A stretch of DNA of 60,091 nucleotides, counting the filler, from Ionaspis alba (taxonomy: Eukaryota), in NCBI GenBank assembly GCA_964255285.1. It is 10 parts of 10 records of this genome, joined end to end, with 100 filler letters (N's around TTAATTAATTAA, not from the genome) between each part and the next. Parts side by side here need not be neighbours in the genome. Positions count along the whole stretch, not along the records: positions 24,199 to 30,124 come from CAXUUL010000971.1; positions 30,225 to 36,136 come from CAXUUL010000972.1; positions 36,237 to 42,135 come from CAXUUL010000973.1; 7 more parts are not named here. One strand, written 5' to 3'. The translations under genes and the position numbers were made by a program. Shown here in pieces: positions 26,676 through 38,260 of the stretch (the first letter of the stretch is position 1; each line of letters begins with the position of its first letter). Below the pieces are notes generated by a model. The model was not told where the DNA came from. It saw only the letters and a program-made list of their open reading frames with translations, and ran no database searches.

Positions 26676-27928
26676 TTCGTAGCAAAAGCAAACCATAATC
26701 ATATTCTTAAAAGTATTAAACCAAAGATCTGGCGATAAGACAAGAAGTTGACCCGTCATTGGGATACACATTGTATCTGATGTTGGAAATGACGGATGAG
26801 AAGAACGGTCACGGTGACACTTGAAGGTGTCAACCACGTGGAGAAGGGAAGATTGGCGGCCGCACATGGCCTAACAGCGTTACCCGCAACGCCTACGTGC
26901 AAANNNNNNNNNNNNNNNNNNNNNNNNNNNNNNNNNNNNNNNNNNNNNNNNNNNNNNNNNNNNNNNNNNNNNNNNNNNNNNNNNNNNNNNNNNNNNNNNN
27001 NNNGGCCGACAAGGTTCCAGGGACAGGGATCAGGGTCTGATGTCGCAAGAGGGGTCTGGCTGTCTGTCTCTCACAGGCTTGTCGGTTTTGTCTCAAACTC
27101 AACTCGACTTGATCCCACAGCCAGACCAGACTTCAATTATGTACACGATCTAGCACTGCTACTACCACTCCTGCCTTGCCTCTGCATGCCACTACTCGAC
27201 TCTACTCTGATCTCATGAACTATGCTATAATCAGCTTCATTGTCTACGTCGTCCTGCATCGTGGTACCACCTCTCCTGCCTCCTCCTCTTTCCCCTCTCC
27301 AACCAATCTATCCCATACGATACCGGCCAGGTCCACATGATCTCGTGTAGGCATTCTCATGTCGGATCGATAGACATGGTCTCTATCTACCAGTCCGCAA
27401 CCTCGCAGGCGATGTGATACAATGCTCAGCCAATCCATACGCCGCCTCCAAGCCCAACAATCCCAAGAACATCCTTGATAGAGCGTGTCTCGCAATCCAA
27501 TTGGCGCACCTTAATCTGCGAGGTCCGTTGTCGTTCCTGCTGCGCGACACCAGGCTGATCTTTTTTTTGGGCAAATCTTCAGGAAAACTTGCCCATACCC
27601 GTGCTGCTCCATCAGTTGAGCCTTGCCTCCCGCCTACCTTGGATAGCGCCGCATATTGACCCACTATCGCCTCATTGCGTCGTTCTGAGCACGGCATAGG
27701 ACCTAGACTTTTCGCACCGGCGCTCTCGTGCTCCATCGCTTCACCGAGGGACCAGACGAACCACTGCAGCAATTTGGTCCCCTTGAAGGGTGAGGAGTGA
27801 TTTGCTTGGTCCAGACTGCTCGGGTATTTGGCTCGTAAGGACGTGCTTGATCCAGCGACGGCATACCTTACGGATACGGGCTTGTATGCCAAGGAAGCAC
27901 TGGTCGCCTCTGAATTCCTACATATATC

Positions 27929-30124
27929 ATGACCTCAGACTCGGAAGAAGATGGGCCTTCACACTCACAATCTGGCGACAGCGAAGGTGATCAGCACAGC
28001 GGTGACATGGGAGAGCATTCTGGTTTCGACTCGAAGTCGGGCAGTCAAGACAAGACCTCCAATGGACAAAGCAAACCCTCGTCAAATGCCAAGGATCCTT
28101 CGCGGCCCCGACGGAAGAAGGCGAGAAGAGCGTGCCACGCTTGCCAGAGAGCTCATTTGACTTGTGGTAAGTCTCCATAAAAACCAGCAAAGTCTTCAGA
28201 ATGTCTCATTGCTGTGGAAATACTTATCAGAATCTCAGGCGATGAACGACCCTGCCAAAGATGTATCAAAAGGGGCTTACAGGACGCTTGCCAAGATGGG
28301 GTCCGGAAGAAAGCAAAGTATCTTCATGATGCACCAAACGAAGCCTTGATGCCCGGAGCAGGAGCCAGTCAATTTCAATACATCAATCATGCTCAACGTA
28401 TGCGACAGGCACCTCCAGATCAGGGATTTCCCAGCACTTCAGTGAACGATATCTATTCACAGCCCCAGCAAGCACCTGGTAGGTATTCCATCTATCCACC
28501 TTCGGCTTCGTCGTCGCAAATGCCGGTCACTCTGCAGGATAGTCTGATGAGCCCTCAAGCATTCGCTGGTCAACAATCACCTCTTTCTCCCCAATTCCAG
28601 GATCAAACTGGTCCACCAACATCGTCCATGCAAAGTCTTGTGGAAGCCATGCAACAGAGTGCACCTCCGAGTTCTTCGAGCACCTTGCCGAACGCTTTTG
28701 GTGGCAACCTGTTCGATCCTAACGACCTGACGCAATACAACTTCGATCCTGCCAGCTTCAACTTTGGCAACCACTATGGTGCTCTCGAATTTGGCATGCT
28801 TAACCACATATCTTCTGGTGCAGCGAATACGCCTCCTAGCGATACTACGAATCAGCTCAGTGTGAACAGTGGCGTCGGCTTCTCAAGTCCTGGAACCATG
28901 GGTACAAACTACAGCGGCAGTCCTGTCAATAGCCAGCCATATCTTTTCAATCAAGACCAAGCCGTTGGTGACTGGCGAAATGCCACACAATCGAATGTAA
29001 GGCAAAGTGGAGTACCCAAGCTCTTTAACATGGGTTCTCGAAACCAAGAATCTTCCAATCCCATGCTAAAGCAAGAAGCACCTGATGCATTTTCCATCGG
29101 AGCAGGTCCAAGTACCCTCGCCAGTCCAACATCTTCATCGAGTCCGAAAGCAGTGATGAACGCCTTCGACATGAGTCCAAACACAGCAGCACTCTACCAC
29201 GGTGGTCTCGGCAGCAACAGCCGACCAAGCACTCAAGGACGCTCCGCACCACAACGACCAGCTTCTCCGCCAATACCAACCGCAAGACCACACCAACAAG
29301 TACGACGGCGGCGCGATCCCTCAACCATCTACGACAGCGTCACGCAACCCTACTCCTACACGACCGGCTTCCACAGCCTGACAGCCTTCCTGCAACGACG
29401 CTTCTCCCCCCAAAAAACCCTCCGCATCGCCAAAGCCCTCGCTTCCATCCGCCCCTCCTTCATCACCTGCACCAAAACCCTCGACCGCGAAGACCTCATC
29501 TTCATGGAAAAGTGCTTCCAGCGCACGCTGTGGGAGTACGAAGACTTCATCAGCGCAATCGGCACCCCCACTCTCGTCTGCCGCCGCACCGGCGAAGTCG
29601 CTGCCGTCGGAAAGGAATTCAGTATCCTGACCGGCTGGCGGAAAGACGTCCTCCTTGGTAAAGAAGCGAACCTCAATATCAACACCGGTGGGACATCCGG
29701 CCAACCGGGCACCGGCACTTCCTCCCGCGGCGGCATGAACACTCCCCGCTTCGCCGAAGGTTCCAAACCAGAAGTCCTCGATCCATCCCGCCCACAACCT
29801 GTCTTCCTCGCCGAGCTCTTCGACGACGACAGCGTCGTTGATTTCTACGAAGATTTCGCGCGTCTCGCGTTCGGTGATTCGCGGGGGAGTGTCACAACCA
29901 GATGTAAGCTCCTCAAATACAAGACGAAAGAGGACTCCGCCTTCAATGCGATGGAGGAGGGCGCAGAGCTTGGGGAGGCGAGGGCGTCGGCGCAGCTGGC
30001 GAAGCGGAAGAGGGCGTCGAGGGTTCAGGGCAAAGGGGAGGTGGTGGGGGAGGCAGGGATCGAGGAGTTGGCGGATAAGGATGGGAAGGTGGAGTGTAGT
30101 TGTTGTTGGACGGTCAAGAGGGAT
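27929..30124 (+). CDS. acuK: Zn2Cys6/PAS transcription activator of gluconeogenesis AcuK/Ert1 (3' end truncated)
   Basis: [81 protein letters not shown] running into the linker. Confidence 0.92.
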
Positions 30125-30224
30125 NNNNNNNNNNNNNNNNNNNNNNNNNNNNNNNNNNNNNNNNNNNNTTAATTAATTAANNNNNNNNNNNNNNNNNNNN
30201 NNNNNNNNNNNNNNNNNNNNNNNN

Positions 30225-30430
30225 GGCTTGTCGACCGCGTCGTCGACGTAGAACCAGAATCCTTGCCGTACGGAAAGCTCGGCTGTGGGTGAAGTGAAAA
30301 GGAAATGCCACCCTGCTGGCAGATGCGTGATCCCGAGGAAGCGGGACGAGGAGGTGGTGGCGAGGAGGTCGATGCCTAGGAGAGTTGAAGGGGGGAGGGA
30401 AAGGGTAAGGAGGGTTGCCGGCGAGGTCAT
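30225..30430 (-). CDS. AAR2: Aar2 U5 snRNP assembly factor, N-terminus only
   Basis: LLGIDLLATTSSSRFLGITHLPAGWHFLF...RQGFW matches the AAR2 N-terminal motif; truncated at a linker. Confidence 0.8.
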
Positions 30431-30732
30431 TGGTGGTTGGTAGGCAGTGGTGTGACTAGGAGCTTATTCTGAGTTGAAGTATCACGTGGAGTCACATAAT
30501 AATGCTGGTCATGCAGAATGAAGACCAAGTTTTTGGTGAGGTTGGCAACTTTGATTAATTGATGTACGCTCAATATCTAGGTTCAGAATGGATGTATTGG
30601 CTAATAAAAAGCTGCGAAGAGAACTGGATATATCAACGCCAAAAAAGTGGGATCTAATATTTCCTGCCCACAACCATCCCAATGCTGAACCCAGACTCCG
30701 TATTTCACTCCTTACACTGAAAACATAACCAT

Positions 30733-32314
30733 CTATACTGCCCTACCTCCCCTCGGCCCGTTCACACTCGACCCATTCGACCTCCCCCGGCCTGCCGGCC
30801 TACTGGTCCCTACATACTTTTCCCGAGTCTCGTTCCCTGGTTGTCCTCTCGATCTCAACGAAGTGAAAACGACAACAGCCACATATATCACGAACACCAC
30901 GGCCGCGACCACCGAATAAGCAATAACACCCTTGCCAGTATTAGCCGACAATTGCAGCCCAAATCCACCATTTATGGCCCCGACGATCAGAAGTGCTCTG
31001 CCGAACCAGACGTGCGTGATAGCCCAGAAGTTTCGGCGGCCTGTGCGTCGGTAGATCCTGTGATGCATGAGACCGAGTACGGGCTGGACGAAGATGAGAG
31101 CGACGACAATGAGACCGATCAGGGGGTGATTCTCGCTTAGCTATTCACAAAGAGTGGTCAGTGTCTTGTATGGTAGCTGCGGCAGATTCTTGAAAAGCAA
31201 GAATAACATACGGTATCAGATTTCATGGCAAGCCAGACTCCAAGACCAAGACCAGCTACAGCCATGAGATAGGCGAAGACTTGGGTAGCAGCGTGAACCC
31301 AGATGTGGCCCCTGAAGGAGAGGAGACGGATCGTCAAGGCACCGAAAGGAAAGAAAATCCTTTTTGATTTAGCACAAGTATAGTGATAGGTACCTATGTA
31401 GGAAAAAGCTCACAAGAAAGCAAGCGACATGACAATACCATGGGCTATAACGATGCGTTTCGTACTCGAGCTTCCGCCACTGCTACTTCCACTACTACTC
31501 GTACTACTCGACACGGCGCCGCTACCGCCGGATGAACTACCGCTGGCACTAGACGAGGTCGAAGGAGAGCTTGACGAAGCCGTGCTCGTGGCCGAAGAAG
31601 AGCTCGTAACGAACGGATTCAACGAGTTTCCACCGGCCGCGGATGTAAGATCGAAAGTAAGTTGGGAGGCACTGTCGTGCATCTGCAAGTCGGCCGACTT
31701 GGAGCTTGACGAGACTGGAGAGCCGCTTGCCACAGCCCAGATCCAGGACGATTGCGAGTCTTGGAAGTTCATTGATCCACCGCTCCAGCTCGCGCAATTG
31801 GTACCTGTTGATGAACCATTAGTCAAGGGCCATTGTTGATGCTTGGTTGAGAGAAAGAGAAAAGATTTACTTACAGCGCACGTTTGCTGTCATCAGCCCA
31901 TTTGCAATTCCAGACCCATCAAGCAATGAGACTTGAGCCGCTGTCGAAGAGTCGTAGTTTGGTTGGTTATTGCCTTGTCCAAGGCGTGGCGATAAGGTGA
32001 CATTCTTTCCGGTCTCGTCGGCATAGATTATGAAGATGTTAGAGCCTCTCATTGACGAGCCTTGCCCCAATGAGATCCATGCCAGAGAGGAAGGTCCTTG
32101 TATCTGGAAGTATATGTCTCCCGATCCACTCGATGCGCTGGCCGACGGCACGTTGACGCTATAGCAGACATTCGATTGACCTTGAAGACAATGCTGCACG
32201 ACTTGAGCCTGAGCAACGGTGGCTGGGGAGACGTCAGCAAACTCGATCGTTCCAAATAGGATCATCTAGATTACCGAGTGCCAGCGCTGTTTTCCATAAC
32301 GTATAGCACTTCAT
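30733..32314 (-). CDS. DOMON/CDH-cytochrome plus cytochrome b561 membrane protein (iron reductase-like)
   Basis: Signal peptide; GDIYFQIQGP..WISLGQGSSMRGSNIF; NVTLSPRLG; ANVRC.NCASW; Ser/Gly linker; then b561 helices with His ligands (AHGIVM, WVHA, HHRIY, THVWFGR). Confidence 0.9.
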
Positions 32315-33319
32315 CGTCAATATTGTGCTGTGCTTCCCAAGCGAGAAAATGATGTAAAACACAACCAGAGGAGAGGGAATGTGTACAATATGAACGGTTT
32401 ATGTCCCCGGCAAGTCAAGAGCTTAGAATTGTAACGGGTAGAAGATCAATGCCCTTGTACCACTGTTCAGTGCCCCAGTTCAGACGTCAAATAGAACAAT
32501 CAAGCATTTCCAAGCTTCGATATATGGAGCTTATTATCAAGCAAGCAAGAACGCTGCACGAGCAAGGGGCAATCAGGGACGTAGAAGATAAGAAAAGGCT
32601 CCAGGAGGCAGAAACAGAAATTGCCAGATAGCAGCTCTGCTAGCTGATAAGTCCAAACAACGGAGCAAAAAGTAGCATGTGGCAGGTGCGAAGTGGGGGT
32701 ACCCTGTGGATTCTATACAAGAGCCAGAAGCCACGGAGTCGGGGATTCTAGATGCCATGACGGTATTGAGATAGCCCGGTTGAAGAACAAGAGTCATGGG
32801 TATTCGTTTCTTTGTTTTCCTTGCACGCAATGCTCTGACGTGTGTCTTGCAATATGAAGAGNNNNNNNNNNNNNNNNNNNNNNNNNNNNNNNNNNNNNNN
32901 NNNNNNNNNNNNNNNNNNNNNNNNNNNNNNNNNNNNNNNNNNNNNNNNNNNNNNNNNNNNNTACTCCACAAAGTGGAGTCATGTCGTCGCACAATATATC
33001 AGTAGTCCAGTGGCCAGAACAATTGCCACTTCTCATATTATGCTTTGGTGGTTCAGAGATTCAGATCCACCCCACTCAATCAGTGAAACTTGTTCAATCG
33101 GATTCGTCAACGTTTGAGTATTGAAAGTGGCTCAAAGGTGGGATGATGCAACCTCGCTGCGTAAATCCCTGGAGCTTGATCCTCCATCTGCAAGCTGCAC
33201 CCGATTTCTCTGCCACCATTACCAGATAGGCTTTGCGATTAGCTTTGCTCGGTCGTGGAACCCCCCCAAGATCAATCACTCAGCCTCTGACTGGAATAGT
33301 CGTATGACTTCATCACCAT

Positions 33320-35498
33320 TTACGGTCCGGTCTTCTCCAAAATCGTCTTGATCATTTCATTGCCGACTCTCGTAGCCTCTGGAAACCGTGGAGCGAAATA
33401 CTCCTGAATGTGTTCGAATCGATCGCGATAGGAGGAGAAATCGCCAAATGAGACGCACTCGGACCACCCCTAAAATGGGAAGGAGGCAAAGGTAAGCAAG
33501 TCGACGCGAAACACTAGGGTTCTACTTGCAGATGGGAAAGCAACAAGCACAACCACGCCCGTTGGACCGGGGACATCCGTGGATCAACGGTCAACATGGC
33601 AGGTGAATACAAGCAGATAGCCTACTGAGACATGTGATGTGACCTCGATGTCAATTTCCCATGCATCACAAAGCCGTTACAAAGCCATGAGGACTGCAAT
33701 GAGCAAGGAATTGTGACTTATCACCCATGCTCGCATAACACAAAGAAAGGGAATAATAGCACTCACTCGAGCAGCAAATGTGAATTCGAGGTCATCGGAT
33801 CGAAAGGTGTTGTCCTCAATCGCCGTCTCGATGACTTCCTCCAGCAGTGATGGCTTCCGAAACAGATATTCCGTCACTCCTAGCCACAGGCGAAATAACT
33901 ACCAACGATCTTGTTAGCCCAAAGATGTCCTCGTCTCCCGGAAAAAGGAGAAACCACTGTTCCTTGGACTCACCGGAGTAGAGCAGATCATGTGGTCGTA
34001 TGGCACGATCCCAAGCTTCCACCAACAGTCCACCATAGCCAGGAGACTAAGATGGTTATTTCGTGCCTTCTCCTGCGGAACCTTGCCCAGCGAGAACCGA
34101 TCCAAGACCTCATCTCTCAGCAACAAATCCCCATCATCCTCACCCTCCCTGGAATGGAAGACCGCCGCTCCCGCCGTCTTGATCCGATGAGAGAGTTCCT
34201 CACGATGCCCACCAAGCATCAACTTGAACAGTTCTGTCACCGACTCGGCATATTGCCTGATCTGAGCTTTGGCAGAGGGATTGAGAATAGCGAGACCGGC
34301 ATAGACGTGCCATTTGTTGGAGTATATCCGGAGCGTCAAGTTGATCTTGACGTTCTCGATGCCTCCGACATAGCGGTTGATTTCCCAGGGGAATTGGTTG
34401 TTGGCTCGCCAGGCTGTTCCCATACTCAGGAAGGCTGCATGGGTTACGGCTTGGGTGTCAGCGGTGATGATGTCGTGCTTCTCGGCTGTGAGATGGACAT
34501 GTTTGGAGCCGAAGCAAGAAAGGATTTTCTCGACTAGCTGTACGCTTTGGTCGGAAGCTCGATACCGCACTATGGCCAAAGGCTGACCTTTTGGATCAAC
34601 ATTGGGTCCATGGAGGGAATGACAGGATATGATCTCGATGTCGGAGGGCAAATGTCTTTCGAATGCAGCGATCTCCGGTGCTTTGCATGAGGTCTGACCG
34701 CCCACTATGGCACCTTGCTTGGTGGCTGCAATGGTCAGACACTTTTCACACCATGCACAAGAAGTTGGTCATACAAGGCCCGTATTGAGCAACGATGTTT
34801 TCGATAGCCTCAGCTTCTACACTGTAAATGATATAATCGCTTGATCTTGATACCAGATGCCCGTTCGGGTAGATGTATACACTGTTCTAACTAATCTTAG
34901 CTACTCGTCTATATACTCGTGGTCCCTGGGCATTGATACCCTACCAGCAAACTGCTCCTTCAATGATTCATATTTGTCTGCCTTGTCACACGCATGGACC
35001 CTAGGGACAAATGTCTCGTCAGCCCCTCCTTCTTTCTCGAGTCGCTTAAATATTCACGAGTTATTGATGTCTGTGGATACAATTGTCAGTCCACAAAATT
35101 CCGAGACTTGGTGACAGCGAGAGGATAGATAGGTAATAGCAAGGTTCAGAAAAGAAAAGAATTAGGTAGCTGAGATTTTACATCATTGACGACCTGCCGG
35201 ACAGCAAAGGCAACAAAATGATGTCAGAGCTACCTGACAGGCCGTACTCGAGCCAAATGCACTCAAGTTCATCACGTCTCTAATAGAAAATGCTAGGAAG
35301 AGCACAGAATGAAAGCTTACCTTAAACCTGTCTAGTTGTATGCCCAATTATCTCTCCACTAACGCATGAAGAAGGAAAACTCTACCTCCAGCCAGCATCA
35401 CTCAGTCTTCTGGTATACATCTTCCCCATATCTCCCATACCAATGATCCCAATGGTGATGTTCTCCATAGCTGCACACTCTTTGTCCTCGGTAAGCAT
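33320..35498 (-). CDS. TYR1: Prephenate dehydrogenase (NADP+)
   Basis: IGIIGMGDMGKMY, VGGQTSCKAPE, CHSLHGP, HDIITADTQAVTH, YSNKWHVYAGLA, DDLEFTFAAR|GWSECV. Unusually long introns at 35385-35001 and 33766-33470. Confidence 0.96.
35143..35280 (-). ncRNA. snR13: Box C/D snoRNA, snR13 homologue (intronic)
   Basis: C box GTGATGA (35275-35269) followed by TGAGTGCATTTGGCTCGAG; 3' CTCAGCTACCT, then a U-rich tract and D box CTGA (35149-35146). Both blocks match recalled yeast snR13 and are antisense to LSU rRNA AGGUAGCCAAAUGC. Confidence 0.85.
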
Positions 35499-36236
35499 CT
35501 GTCCGGGTTTAGGATAGTCGCTCGTAGACCTAGTCACTTCAATGCATTGGGTGTCAATGTGCTAAAGCAAGTCCTGTCGCACTATTTATGCGTGGTGTTG
35601 TCAGTCTGGAGGTCCCACGGACGTCAAAGGTATCATTGTGCTGTCGAAGTCAATGATTGTGAGAATCCGCTCGTTGCTGTGGTTGCCGGAACAAAAATGA
35701 ATTCAAGCGGAAGGATTTAAGCTTCAGCGCGTTAGCAGCCGTTCTTAGCGAGGATTACATCGATCGCGCATCGGCAGTCCCAGCCTCTCGCCGTGATCCT
35801 CACCAAACCCCTCCAACACTGTTTCCAGCCACCACTTATTTTGCTTGCACGCATGGTGGTCCTTCACGTGTACTTACTTCGTCTCTGGCTATTGTCACTG
35901 GAAGTGATCTGACGAAGTTCACGGAAGTCCTTGCTTGAGCTTCAAACTGTGCCTCGATTGACACGCAAGCCCGAACTGGTATGCTTGAAATCAGCTTCTC
36001 ATGTCTCTCGGCGCTATATGCTGATTCACGACTCTCACTGTTCCAGTCTCCATAGAAAACATGTCTGATATCGCTGTTCCACGGACTCCGACTCCCGGCG
36101 CGAATCGCTTGGAGATGATGGATCCACCAGCTCTCANNNNNNNNNNNNNNNNNNNNNNNNNNNNNNNNNNNNNNNNNNNNTTAATTAATTAANNNNNNNN
36201 NNNNNNNNNNNNNNNNNNNNNNNNNNNNNNNNNNNN

Positions 36237-36641
36237 GACGGCCACTGTTTAACCTCACAAATAGAGAGAACAGCAGACGAAAGGATGGACGAAATATCTC
36301 GAGAAAAAGAGGAATACTTTGAAGGCGGTGTTTTTTGGAGCGTCAATCATAGCAATACTTTGTCTGAGACGAAAACCGTGTTCGAGAGAATCTCCTGTGG
36401 ATCCGACCCAGACCTTGCGCGAGCTTGCAGCCCAGTTTCAATCGAATGCAGGGAACGTTTTCGACAACGATTACGACGCATAATCCCCCGTCTAATCGAT
36501 CTTGTTAGAGCGAATCCATTTTTGAAGGAAGCGGAGTTGTCCACAAATGCACCGCTTTCAACGAATTTTTGGATTGTACTCAGCAAGCTCGAAGTCGATG
36601 AAGCTTTCAAGTTTCGACATTCGTTTATTTCACTTCCCTGA
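36237..36641 (+). CDS. C-terminal end of an unidentified protein
   Basis: Open frame from the contig edge to TGA at 36641 with protein-like composition; no family recognised. Confidence 0.35.
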   Translation, partial: DGHCLTSQIERTADERMDEISREKEEYFEGGVFWSVNHSNTLSETKTVFERISCGSDPDLARACSPVSIECRERFRQRLRRIIPRLIDLVRANPFLKEAELSTNAPLSTNFWIVLSKLEVDEAFKFRHSFISLP

Positions 36642-37034
36642 GTAAGTTCAGGCAACTTTGGGAAAGCCAGCGATTACTATCAATGGTCTATTGGCACTTC
36701 CCCACCAAGCAGACAACACCCTAGGCGGCTAGATTGTATACATTGACATTGTTACAGAGAGTATTATACTTGATGACGGTAAAGAGACAGGAGTGGGCTC
36801 TCAAACTCATGGACTGGGTCTGTATGTCAGTTCTACCACAGGCCAGCGAGGTGGAATTGGAAGATGGCTAGAATACGATCGATATGTCTCCAACAACCTT
36901 TCCAAGAACGATTATTCGAGAAAGGGCTATCATCACTGGTTCTGTACAAAACCTGTTCGCACAATGAACCTTCGGGCTGTTGCTGTTAGATTCTGCCCTC
37001 TCAAGTCTACGTTCTGGCCAATACCTACTGAAGG

Positions 37035-37200
37035 TGTTGAGTCACAACTACGCAACCATCCATGGGGGGGTGGTCTCTTGTAGTGTGTAACTCTGTGGCT
37101 TGATTGTAGACTAAAAAGGGTATTATATACATGCGCTAGTCACGTGCACTAGCGTAGCTTAGCCCCTTGGCAATCCTTGGCCTGAGTCCATGCCCTAACA
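37035..37200 (+). mobile_element. Solo LTR (166 bp) of an LTR retrotransposon
   Basis: TGTT...AACA termini; perfect 5-bp TSD GAAGG (37030-37034 and 37201-37205); internal TATATA; second copy at 51581-51746. Confidence 0.88.
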
Positions 37201-37303
37201 GAAGGTGTTATCATAATCCTACTCAGTACTCTTAGCGACAAGGGTTAAAGAAAACAGTTTACCCCAAAGGCAATGTTTGATTGGTATGAAGAATGTCGCA
37301 AAG

Positions 37304-37696
37304 CTATACCCGGTGTGGGAAGATTCCCGGATGTTGAAACTCTGAATCACTCATGGCCATTGCCACAAGGATTTCGCAGTGTTTGATAGTTGCTCCGCCG
37401 TAGATATTTGATGACGAGCCCAAGTTAGGGAGAACATACACGAGGATACCATTGAGTGTCGTGGGAATTACCGGAAAGGTCTTCGAGGAGCCAGAATGAC
37501 GCCAAGTGTAAGGAAGGGCTTCATAGATGGGCTCTGTGCTGAGAGACATATTGTTAATGATGCACGCAGGCGGATCCGACGTTCTGCCTGGTTTCAGGAA
37601 AATCAATCGGATCTCTTCTCGACCAGCGTCGATAGTTGATGGAGACAGATACAAGTCCCGAAACGCTGCTCTGTCATGAATTTCATGAGATTGCAT
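37304..37696 (-). pseudogene. Truncated HET-domain (heterokaryon incompatibility) gene
   Basis: EIRLIFLKPG...C...SL...YEALPYTW...LNG....PNL is the usual lead-in to a HET domain (consensus YEALSYTWG). The following WIDAICINQ core is absent. Confidence 0.7.
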
Positions 37697-38260
37697 GGCG
37701 TCTTGGGGTCCTCTAATTAAGATAACTGTTCAAACGCATAGTTCGGCACTTGTTGATATGGACTCTGAGAATTCGATGTCTCCCCTACCGCACAAAATGG
37801 ACACAAAGGGAGTAATTATTACATGGCAGATCTCAGCACTCGCTGGGTCCCAGGACTACCAACATTCAACACTAGTCCTGGAGTGGTATGGAGGAAAAAG
37901 TCTGGGACACGTAAGTATCAACTTCCTTGCAGTACTAAATGAAGATGCGCCAAATTATCTCACAGTCCAAAGTCATGGAGATACGGGAGCATAGTGCTAT
38001 TCAGACAAGTTTTGGCATAGGAAAGCTTTTTCTTGACGATACTTAGCATAAGAACCTTCCTCTGATGATCTATGGTCATGATCCAATACAAAAAGGAGGG
38101 TACTTCACAGCACTCTCTGAGTGGAACGGCGTAAAAGACATCGCCGTTTGCTATGTAAACGCTGGGGTAGAAAATAGACCGTTCCAGCAAACGAAGGCTG
38201 TTAAATGATCGTGCGCTCGAATATACGGGAGAGGCGGAAAGAACTAATCGGAGAATGAAA

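Noticed and set aside
27004..27928. uORFs upstream of acuK
   Set aside because: The transcription start is unknown and the peptides show no recognisable conservation.
36061..36641. Single gene spanning the gap (MSDIAVPRTP... joined to the 36285 ORF)
   Set aside because: The two halves belong to different contigs joined by a linker.
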